Assembly (NCBI RefSeq): GCF_001194135.2
Contig: NC_069002.1
Coordinates: 26,315,887-26,353,442, forward strand
Source: Octopus bimaculoides
Taxonomy: Eukaryota
DNA length: 37,556 nucleotides
Direction of reading: 5' to 3'
Part shown: one piece after another, positions 13,052-23,163 of the stretch
Numbering within the stretch: position 1 is the first letter of the stretch
How the letters are laid out: each line of letters opens with the position of its first letter
The notes under the pieces: model-generated
What the model saw: the letters and a program-made list of their open reading frames with translations, nothing else
The model's database searches: none
Told to the model about the DNA's origin: nothing
Position numbers and translations under genes: made by a program

Positions 13052-13556
13052 GGGTGCTTCATACCAACATACACTGGAAAATGTAATGGACGAAAAGGGG
13101 AAGGCAAAAATCCTCTGGGATTTTGACTTCCAGACAGACAGGGTATTGGAGCAACCTTTAGGAGAGTCAAACCAGAGTGCCTAATAACTGACATGGCAGT
13201 GCCAAGAGATCAACATATCATCACGAAAGAAAGAGAAAAGGTTGATAAATATGGAGACCTGAGAAATGAGATTGTTAAGATGTGGCAGCTATGAGAGTCA
13301 AACATAAAGCTTATCCCTATTGTCATTGGAGTATTGGGTTCGATACCACCCAATCTGAAAAAAAAAACATCTGGAAACTTTAAAAATACCCTACAATCTA
13401 GATGTATTGCAAAAGTTGGTATGACTTGGAGCTGCACGCATATTGCATAAAGTACTGTCTGTCTGAGGTCCTTGTTGTGACTTGGCAAACACTACAAACC
13501 CCCAGTAAACACATCTTCAATCAACAACCTCACGATATTGTATACTGTGTGACGTC

Positions 13557-13560
<4 letters not shown>
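13052..13560 (+). mobile_element. 3' fragment of an RLE-type non-LTR retrotransposon (R4/Dong-like), family 1
   Basis: Reads KAKILWDFDFQTDRV...CLITDMAVPRDQHIITKEREKVDKYGDLRNEIVKMW...IPIVIGVLGSIP, i.e. restriction-like endonuclease motifs (D-x-A-V-P, K-x-x-KY). Contains stops and a deletion. Flanked by (AAT)n on both sides. Confidence 0.85.
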
Positions 13561-13602
<42 letters not shown>

Positions 13603-13918
13603 GGAAATAGAGGTAACAGACCTGGAAATAGAGGTAATTCGAATGTGGAATCTAAAAACAGAAACAATTCCTATCATAGTAGGTGCCTTAGGTATAATAA
13701 AAAAATATTCAGACAAATACATAACAAAAACACCAGGACTTACAAATATATATAACATACAGAAAATTGCACTACTAGGCACTACACACATCCTACGCAA
13801 AACACTTTCAATACAGTAACCATAAGAGCATCACAGCAAACCACAGCACATACCCAAGGCACACAGAGCTGTGCTCGGTAGTGAAGTGAAAGCACGTTAT
13901 AAAAATAAAACTACTGAA
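13603..13918 (+). mobile_element. 5'-truncated R4/Dong-like retrotransposon 3' end, family 2, copy A
   Basis: Reads DLEIEVIRMWNLKTETIPIIVGALGIIKKYSDKYITKTPGLTNIYNIQKIALLGTTHILRKTLSIQ*, then a ~100-bp 3'UTR and an (AAT)n tail. Confidence 0.85.
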
Positions 13919-13940
13919 TAATAATAATAACAATAATAAT

Positions 13941-14158
13941 AATCCTTTCTACTGTACGCACAAGGCCTGAAATTTGAAGGAAGGGATTAAGCTGATTACA
14001 TTGATCCCAATGCATAACTGGTACTTATTTAATTGATGCTGAAAGGATGAAAGGCTAAGTCGACCTCGGCGGAATGTGAACTCAGAATGTAGCATTGGGC
14101 GAAATACCGCCAAGCATTTCGCCTGGCATGCTAACAATTCTGCCAGTTCACTGCCTTA
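13941..14158 (-). mobile_element. tRNA-derived SINE family 2 (Deu/Nin-domain-like); other copies at 3661-3878(-), 15652-15856(-), 28822-29040(-), 28612-28760(+), 32495-32640(+)
   Basis: Minus strand AAGGCAGTGAACTGGCAGAATTGTTAGC...GAGTTCACATTCCGCCGAGGTCGACTTAGCCTTTCATCCTTTC...AATAAGTACCAG, with a (TTA)n 3' tail. The CCTTTCATCC...TAAAATAAGTACC motif resembles the Deu/Nin domain as I recall it. Confidence 0.75.
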
Positions 14159-14159
14159 A

Positions 14160-14251
<92 letters not shown>

Positions 14252-14279
14252 AATAATATTAATAATAATAATAATAATA

Positions 14280-15292
14280 GAACAAGACTACACGGAAGTG
14301 AACAAGACTACACCGGGGAAGTTTAACATGTGNNNNNNNNNNNNNNNNNNNNNNNNNNNNNNNNNNNNNNNNNNNNNNNNNNNNNNNNNNNNNNNNNNNN
14401 NNNNNNNNNNNNNNNNNNNNNNNNNNNNNNNNNNNNNNNNNNNNNNNNNNNNNNNNNNNNNNNNNNNNNNNNNNNNNNNNNNNNNNNNNNNNNNNNNNNN
14501 NNNNNNNNNNNNNNNNNNNNNNNNNNNNNNNNNNNNNNNNNNNNNNNNNNNNNNNNNNNNNNNNNNNNNNNNNNNNNNNNNNNNNNNNNNNNNNNNNNNN
14601 NNNNNNNNNNNNNNNNNNNNNNNNNNNNNNNNNNNNNNNNNNNNNNNNNNNNNNNNNNNNNNNNNNNNNNNNNNNNNNNNNNNNNNNNNNNNNNNNNNNN
14701 NNNNNNNNNNNNNNNNNNNNNNNNNNNNNNNNNNNNNNNNNNNNNNNNNNNNNNNNNNNNNNNNNNNNNNNNNNTAAATAACACCGGTATTATTACACCC
14801 AAGAATAACAACCGAGAAGTGTGTACTGTAAGCTTGTTACGAAAAAAATACGAAGATCTGAACGTGCAAAACAATTTGACAACAGAAATAAACGAACCGA
14901 TACCCTACGAAAACGATGACCGTCAAAATAAAGGATCGGACATTGTTCCTCATGTCCCGCAAACAAAACCAAAACGGCATAAATGGACACGTGAGGAATA
15001 CATTTCGATACTATACGCCTATTTCACAGCAGTGCTCTACCCAAAAAATGAAAACGCAACAACACATACATATAAAATATGGAAGAAAAATAACATAACA
15101 AAAACACCGGGACTTACAAATATATATAACATACAGAAAATAGCACTACTGGGTACTGCACACATTCTACGCAAAACACTTTCAATACAGTAAACATAAG
15201 AGCACCACAGCAAACCACAGCACATACCCAAGGCGCACAGAGCTGCGCTCGGTAGTGAAGTGAAAGCACGTTATAAAAATAAAACTACTGAA
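14280..15292 (+). mobile_element. Internally deleted R4/Dong-like element, family 2, copy B (5' part in gap)
   Basis: The open frame 14775-15193 joins an N-terminal-type motif (KRHKWTREEYISILYAYF...YKIWKKNN) directly to the C-terminal 32 aa shared with copy A. The 3'UTR is nearly identical to copy A. (AAT)n on both sides. Confidence 0.75.
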
Positions 15293-15330
15293 TAATAATA
15301 ATAAAAATAATAATAATAATAATCATAATC

Positions 15331-15365
<35 letters not shown>

Positions 15366-15599
15366 TTTGGATCAAGGCCATTGAATAATATTGTGGACAA
15401 CATCAATATTTATTACAGTCGAAAAGATTGCACTACTTGCAGCAGGTGACATACTGTGAGGACAGCTGTTAGTGGAATGACCTCTTTCCTTCATTGCCTC
15501 CTGCCTTTCATGTGTATCAAGATTGAGAGGACAGGAAACAAGAATTACAAAACATTATTTTTTAATTTCAATAAAAAATTTTTATTATTACTTTTACTG

Positions 15600-15638
<39 letters not shown>

Positions 15639-16283
15639 GTAATAATAATAATCCTTTCTACTTTAGGCACAAGGCCTGTAATTTTAATGGGGCGGGGCCT
15701 GGTCACTTACATCAGCCCCAGTGCTTGATCGGTTCTTATTTTATTGATCTCCCAAAGGATGAAAGATAAAGTTGACCTTGGCTGTATTTGAACTTGGAAC
15801 CTAAAGCCAAGCATTTTGTCTGATGTGCTTAACAATTCTGCCAGCTTGTTGCCTTTAGGCATTTAGAAATAACACCAAACAGAAAAGAACATTGCAGGTA
15901 GAGATATGGGTGAGGCTGCTAAGTCAAAGAAATGCCTTGTAGTGTTTGTTCTGATTCTTTATGTTTTGAGTTCAAATTCAGTCCTTTCAGGGGTTCATAA
16001 AATAAAGAAACATTGTAATACTGCAGTCAATGATATCAACTAAAAATCTCCTCTCAAAATTGCTTACCTTCTACCTTAATTACAAACAGTTATTTCTTAT
16101 TGTCGTCAAGTGTCTTATACCATCATCATCGTCTAACATCCGCTTTCCATGCTAGCATGGGTTGGACGATTTGACTGAGGACTGGTGGACCAGGAGGCGA
16201 CACCAGGCTCCAATCTTATTTGGCAGAGTTTCTACAGCTGGATGCCCTTCCTAACGCCAACCACTCTACTATATATAGGCACA

Positions 16284-16439
16284 GGCGTGGCTGTGTGGTA
16301 AGTATTCTGTTTACCAACTACATGGTTCCATGTTCAGTCCCACTGCGTGGCACCTTGGGCAAGTGTCTTCTACTATAACCTCGAGCCAACCAAAGCCTTG
16401 TGAGTGGATTTGGTAGACGGAAACTGAAAGAAGCTCGTC

Positions 16440-16476
<37 letters not shown>

Positions 16477-16700
16477 TATATATATGTAGATGCATGTGTG
16501 TGTGTCTGTGTTTGTCCCCCCACCATCGCTTGACAACTGATGCTGGTGCGTTTACATCCCCCTGTAACTTAGTGGTTTGGCAAAGAGACCGATAAAATAA
16601 GTACTAGGCTTACAAAGAATAAGTTCTGCGGTCAATTTGTTCGACTAAAGACGGTGCTCCAGCATGGCCACAGTCAAGTGACTGAAACAAATAAAAGAAA
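16284..16700 (+). mobile_element. tRNA-derived SINE family 1 (CORE-like), most complete copy
   Basis: A box TGGCTGTGTGG (16288), B box GTTCAGTCCC (16332), CORE-like CACCTTGGGCAAGTGTCTT, an internal TA/CA/TG microsatellite, and a 3' part ending GTGCTCCAGCATGGCCACAGTCAA...GAAACAAATAAAAG. Confidence 0.85.
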
Positions 16701-16738
16701 TATATATATATATATAATCATGTGTATGTAGATATGTA

Positions 16739-17114
16739 ATGATCAAGAAGGTGAATGGCAATGACCTTTTTGTGTGCACAGTCTGTGACAGACCGTGCCT
16801 GTCTTTGGCTGGCCTCAGATCTCATTTGGGAACCCATGGAAAATGAACCTGCACCAACTATTCTGCCTATATGTCTGTGTACACCTTTCAATGCAATGTA
16901 TGCCAGAAGGTCTGCAATTCTAACAGAAGCCTCAAAAGACATTTTAAAATCCACAAAGATCAGAACTTATCTGCAGTTCTTGGTGGTCCAAATCAGATAT
17001 GCAATCTATGTGTCTTTTCAGAGTATTGTCTGGTTTAAAAAGCCACATCAGACGCCATGATGGTTCTAAGGCGTAGGTACTGGAGGTGGTCAAACTCTGC
17101 ATAAAGAGTAGGCA

Positions 17115-17117
<3 letters not shown>
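16739..17117 (+). mobile_element. Degenerate triple C2H2 zinc-finger segment, probably the 3' end of an RTE-like LINE, followed by (TA)n
   Basis: FVCTVCDRPCLSLAGLRSHLGTH, an in-frame TGA at 16844, FQCNVCQKVCNSNRSLKRHFKIH, then a frameshifted ICNLC...GLKSHIRRH. Stop at 17074-17076, ~40 bp of UTR, then (TA)n from 17118. No TGEKP linkers. Confidence 0.55.
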
Positions 17118-17194
<77 letters not shown>

Positions 17195-18519
17195 TATGTT
17201 TCTGTGTGTATGTATATACACTGCTGAATCCCAGATCAGAAAGTTTCAGTAAATGGAAGCTTACAGACAAGTTTCTTTTGGTGAATTGGAGAACACCACC
17301 CTCTCTGACTTGAGCAACTGTATCACAAACTTTAGACCCCTTCTCTTTATTCTACACTGTTTAGCCTTATGACTCTATAGTCAAAAAGGACATAACTCTA
17401 ATTCTTTCTTTTTCTTTTTCTGGGTTTTTTTTTCCGTTTCACCATTCCATTTTTCGAACCCACCTTCACTTTGTAGCAGAATGGATTGACAAAAGCATAA
17501 ATGACAGACAGAGAGCTCCCTTTTATTTATAGTTGTTATTAGACGCAGCAGAAAACACTTAGCTATAAACATCATGTTTTAACCATTTGCTCTGATTGGG
17601 TAGTTTTTAGGCACAATTTGTCCCTTAAGCAATTTCGCCAAATTACCCGGTCAACCAATTAGATGCACTCAAATGGATCACATGTTCTCTTGGCGGAAAA
17701 ACTTTCACATTGCTGTAGAGCCCAGCAATTTCCTTAAACAGATCAGGAGTCCAGCTTGTGTTTGCCAGCAAGAAGCTATTTGCTCGCTTTTCTCCGCGTT
17801 GCAAAAGAATGAAATTCATCACTGCTGACACCGTCAATATTGCCGCTACCAACTCTTACTGCATCTAATCCTGACAACATCATAATTCCTCCTTGCACAT
17901 GTAAACTCACTAAGTGAATATGACTTTTAGCGTTCCCACAGAAACCTTCATTTACCTTATACAATGTTTAATGTCAATTCACATTGAATTATGCAGCAAT
18001 CTTATGTTCTTTTCATAGAACACTTGTAATGTATGTACTACCAGTTCTGTTGGTATAATAGATTTTTTGCTATATTTGCTTATGTCTCCTCACAGACATG
18101 TATATTCTAACAAGTTGCTCCTTAAATTTTGCACCTCTCTTGTTCAATAAACACTGAGTTAAACTTGCAAAGCTGTTTATGCTCTCTTTTCAATTTTTAA
18201 TGTTTATTTTAGCGGGTCATCAAACTATCAGTTTGGTTTCCCTGCTAAAACTTTGTTTTTTTCTTCCTGATTCCTCTTGTTCTATTGTTTTGATTTGTAA
18301 CTTGCATAGCCCATGTGCCCAGAGCCTGACGATTACTTGGAGACGCTAGGCGTATTTTAAAACCTGCTTAGATAATATCTTCAATCTATGAATTGATTTG
18401 TAGCTCATAACTATATACTGTGTATATTAAACAATATTTATCTCCCACCACCAGATGGAGTACTTTTCTTGTTGATCTTACCCTAATGGAAAAATAAACT
18501 ATATATATATATATATAAT

Positions 18520-18757
18520 ATATATATTGAAAAAATGAGTAGAGATGGCTTTTTAGGGAGATAATTTCTATTTTAATAATAAAGTTTACAGTGAGTTACT
18601 CTGGTAGGAGCTTCAAGCTTCAAATAGCTGTTTTTCAGTTTAGAAACAGCTATTTCAAGCTTGGAACTCATACCAGAGTAACTCACTGTAAACATCATTA
18701 TTAAAATAGAAATTATCCCCCAAAAAAGACATCTGTACTCATTTTTTCAATATATAT
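18520..18757. mobile_element. Palindromic (fold-back) MITE-like element
   Basis: Arms of ~113 bp are near-perfect reverse complements (e.g. GTTTACAGTGAGTTACTCTGGTA / TACCAGAGTAACTCACTGTAAAC) around a ~10-nt loop at 18634-18643. Flanked by TA-rich tracts. Confidence 0.75.
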
Positions 18758-18926
18758 AATACTGCACCAAGAACTTTTTTTAATTAATTTTNNNNNNNNN
18801 NNNNNNNNNNNNNNNNNNNNNNNNNNNNNNNNNNNNNNNNNNNNNNNNNNNNNNNNNNNNNNNNNNNNNNNNNNNNNNNNNNNNNNNNNNNNNNNNNNNN
18901 NNNNNNNNNNNNNNNNNNNNNNNNNN

Positions 18927-19225
18927 AAATGGGACAAGAATGCAAAACATCCAGACAGGTGATTCAAGAAAGGGGCAACAAAACATCCAGATAGACAATA
19001 CAAAGAAAACAAGGACGGGTCATTTGGAGTTTTCTTTCTTCAGTCGAGTTCCAGATAATCTTTGCAATTTTGGCTGGTTATACTTGAGATTGCTCTAATC
19101 TGGCCAGCCCCAAGGAAAAACTAAGCTAAGAGCATTAGATTCCTTGGAAGAAAGCAGCAAATGTATACGAAAACAAGGATGGAAAAAAAACGGAGAAGGT
19201 TACACAAATACAAATAACAGGGCAT
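18927..19225 (-). mobile_element. Possible second Penelope-like terminal fragment
   Basis: Adjacent to a gap. The minus strand is T-rich and contains CTGAAGA...AAATGACCCGTC (19014-19043). Weak evidence. Confidence 0.25.
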
Positions 19226-19229
19226 AACT

Positions 19230-19274
<45 letters not shown>

Positions 19275-19309
19275 TGCACACACACACATTCACATACATA
19301 CATTCACAT

Positions 19310-19872
19310 ATGACTATGGGTTTCTTCCAATTTCCAACCACCAAGTCCATTCACAAAGCTTTGCTCAGCCTAGGGTTATATATGTAGAAGACACTCTCCC
19401 AAGGTGCCATATTGTGGGACTGAACCTGAAACTACATTGACAGCAAACAAGGTTTTTAACCACACAGCCATATATATTTATATTCTTTTATTCTTTAACT
19501 TGTTTCAGTCATTTGACTGTGGCCATGCTGGAGCACTACCTTTTAGTGAGCAAATTGACCCCAGGACTTATTCTTTGTAAGCCTGGTATTTATTCTATCG
19601 GTCCCCTTTTGCCGAACCACTAACTTACGGGGATGTAAACACACCAACATCAGTTGTCAAGTGATGGCAATGGTAAGAACACAGATACACACACACAGAC
19701 ATATATATATATATATATACAACAGGCTTCTTTCAGTTTCCGTCTACTAAATCCACTCACAAGGCTTTGGTTGGCCCAGAGCTATAGTAGAAGACACTTG
19801 CCCAAGATGCCATGCATTGGGACTGAACCTGGAACCATGTGGTTGGGAAGCAAGCTACTTACCACACAGCCA
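19310..19872 (-). mobile_element. SINE family 1, head (19310-19470) plus full copy (19485-19872)
   Basis: Same diagnostic motifs in reverse orientation. Confidence 0.85.
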
Positions 19873-19894
19873 CATATATATATAAGTTCAAAAA

Positions 19895-20078
19895 AACACA
19901 AAAAACAATAACAAAAAAGTGAGGACGTGATACGGATAGTGTTATTGGACGCTCGGGAAAGGAAAGAGAGAGAGTATGACGTTTCGGGTGGAGCCCTTCG
20001 TCGGAAAGACGGAAAGTTCAAAGAATGGAAAAACGGAGGAAGAGAAAAATGGCACCGATGCCCACGAGGTTACATTGT
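19895..20078 (-). mobile_element. Putative Penelope-like element terminal-repeat fragment next to an assembly gap
   Basis: The minus strand carries CCGACGAAGGGCTCCACCCGAAACGTC followed by a pyrimidine/T-rich tail, an arrangement typical of PLE termini. No coding part is visible because of the gap. Confidence 0.5.
19978..20004 (-). ncRNA. Minimal hammerhead-ribozyme-like motif (variant core)
   Basis: CCGACGA-A-GGG-CTCCA-CCC-GAAAC-GTC: a CUGANGA-like box with U4C, 3-bp stem II, GAAAC, palindromic ACGT stem III and a GUC cleavage triplet. Stem I pairing is poor. Confidence 0.45.
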
Positions 20079-20682
20079 NNNNNNNNNNNNNNNNNNNNNN
20101 NNNNNNNNNNNNNNNNNNNNNNNNNNNNNNNNNNNNNNNNNNNNNNNNNNNNNNNNNNNNNNNNNNNNNNNNNNNNNNNNNNNNNNNNNNNNNNNNNNNN
20201 NNNNNNNNNNNNNNNNNNNNNNNNNNNNNNNNNNNNNNNNNNNNNNNNNNNNNNNNNNNNNNNNNNNNNNNNNNNNNNNNNNNNNNNNNNNNNNNNNNNN
20301 NNNNNNNNNNNNNNNNNNNNNNNNNNNNNNNNNNNNNNNNNNNNNNNNNNNNNNNNNNNNNNNNNNNNNNNNNNNNNNNNNNNNNNNNNNNNNNNNNNNN
20401 NNNNNNNNNNNNNNNNNNNNNNNNNNNNNNNNNNNNNNNNNNNNNNNNNNNNNNNNNNNNNNNNNNNNNNNNNNNNNNNNNNNNNNNNNNNNNNNNNNNN
20501 NNNNNNNNNNNNNNNNNNNNNNNNNNNNNNNNNNNNNNNNNNNNNNNNNNNNNNNNNNNNNNNNNNNNNNNNNNNNNNNNNNNNNNNNNNNNNNNNNNNN
20601 NNNNNNNNNNNNNNNNNNNNNNNNNNNNNNNNNNNNNNNNNNNNNNNNNNNNNNNNNNNNNNNNNNNNNNNNNNNNNNNNNN

Positions 20683-20727
<45 letters not shown>

Positions 20728-21169
20728 TGATCTGGATAAAAATCACAGACATTTTTATTTCTAGCAGTATTTCAAAGCTTCATTCCTCTGTTATTGTTTT
20801 ATTCTGTTCAAACTAAAGAACCATCCAAAAAATATCTTTTCAGATCATCCCCGTTCATATCCAACCCTGACCATCCCTGTTGACACTTACCTAAGTCACT
20901 ATTACACACAAGCAATAGGCTTAAACTATCACATCTCTTTTCCAAATTATACCCTGCTATGTCTCCTAAGTCCACCTTAGGGTAGTTTATGTTCTAACGA
21001 GTATATTATTGCGGTCTTGTACTGTTATTTCAGTAAAAGTGATGACGGCTACGTCTGTGACAATGAGGATAGCTAATCCTACCATAGCTGTCATAGTCAT
21101 CACCACCATCATCATCATCATCATCATCCTCATGCTCATTCATTGTGTCTCTGTTCTAAGACAGAGAAA

Positions 21170-21455
21170 TATACATGTGTGCATTTCTTGGGTGTGTATT
21201 GTGCATGTGTTGGTGTGTGTGCATGTATATGAGTATATACATATGTGTGTGTGTGTCTATATGTATATATATATATATATATGTATGTGTGTATATATGT
21301 GTGTGTGTATGTGTATGTGTGTATATATATAAATGTATGTGCATATGTATATCTATATATATATGTATATGTGTGTATATGTATATATGTATGTGTATAT
21401 ATATATATGTATATGTATGTGTGTGTGCATATATATATGTATATATGTATATGTA

Positions 21456-21515
<60 letters not shown>

Positions 21516-21589
21516 TATATATATATATAAATGTGTGTATATATGTGTGTGTGTGTATGTATATGTATAGATATGCATGTTTGTGTTTG

Positions 21590-21620
<31 letters not shown>

Positions 21621-21660
21621 ATACATATGTATGCATGTATGTATGTATGTATATTGTGTA
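21170..21660. repeat. Compound (TA)n/(TG)n microsatellite
   Basis: Direct inspection. Confidence 0.95.
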
Positions 21661-22074
21661 GCAAAATCTTTCCATTTTGCAGCTGCTCAGCAAAAATCTA
21701 TAAATGCTGGACATTTTTGTAATACGACCTTTCAATGATAATAACAAGGGTATTTCAAATTTAAAGTACTTCCAATATCCATCAAATCTCTCTCTCTCTC
21801 TCCCTCTCTCCTACTCTCTCTCTCTCTCTCTCTCTTTCCAAACTGGTTGCCTCTCTTTGACTCATTCCAATCCACCCTTCCCTTCTTCCCGCACCTTCCT
21901 GGTAATTGATTCCAGTTTGTGTTGGTTCCGTTCAAAATGGTTTGCTGTCTAGATCGCTTGTTGCTGCAAAATATAGTCTTAAAATAATTTGCTATGAATG
22001 GCTACTTGTTGATGACCGACTCAACTCTAGAATCTACTTTTCTGAAACTTCCATTTCCTGTTATTACCACTTAG

Positions 22075-22231
22075 ATGTATATAAAAACATATATATATGT
22101 ACGCACACACAGACATACACTTACATACATATATAAATGTATGTGTATGCATATATATATAAACATATATATGTATATATATGCACACACATATATGTGC
22201 TTTTGTAAACCTCCATATATGCATGTATCTG

Positions 22232-22274
<43 letters not shown>

Positions 22275-22590
22275 ATATGTATATATATATGCACGCACAC
22301 ACACACATAAATACACATATATAGAGATATATATCGGTGTGTGTGTGTGCATATATATATATATAAATGTATATATAGATAGAAAAAGACATATGCACTT
22401 ATAGATATGTATCGATATATACAGTACGTTATGTATATACACACATATATATAGACATATAAGAATGTATTTATATATATATATATATATATCATATATA
22501 TATATATATATCATATATATATATATATACACATATAAGCATATAGGCATATGTAAATTTATATATATATATAGATATATATATATGGGC
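22075..22590. repeat. Compound (TA)n/(CA)n microsatellite
   Basis: Direct inspection. Confidence 0.95.
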
Positions 22591-23163
22591 GTATGTATCA
22601 TATCTTACACTTACTGTGTCTGTGGAATTATTGAGAGTAAATTAAGCATCTTTAGTTTGGCCTCTCCAGAATGGTCTCTTAAAGTTAACATCGATTTTAT
22701 GGTTTCAGTTTTTTTTATTTCAGTTTTGAATATTTATATATTTTTTTCCAAGAATTTGTTGTTTATTGAAGCGTTGACTCCAAATGATGATTCCATTCCG
22801 TCATAATTTTTTCAAAACACTACAGTTCTGATTTTTCTTGATCACTTGGAAAAAAAGTTGTCTTTTACTGTTCCAAGAATTTATATTTACCGTTTTGATT
22901 TCAGTTTCGGTGTGATTGCACTGTGTAACACAATTTTTGCCCTTGGGTAACAACTGTTATTTCCTGATTGCTGACCCCTAGAAAGTATGACAAAATGATT
23001 AATATTTCCTTCAACCTTTGCTCTAGTTACATTTATTCAAACTCCAAAGAATCCCTCTCAACATGTGACTACAATGCTCCCCAACAGGTCCTGCTCATGA
23101 TCAAAGATCCACATGTTGTCAGCCGCTGAGGACATGCTCAAGTGGCTCAGGTCAAGCAGCTGA

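Noticed and set aside
3693-20816. Long ORFs containing X runs
   Set aside because: They are open only because N gaps contain no stop codons. The exception is the real part of 14775-15193, treated above.
21009-22806. Many Y/I/C/V/H/T-rich ORFs (also 37130-37469)
   Set aside because: Dinucleotide microsatellite artefacts.
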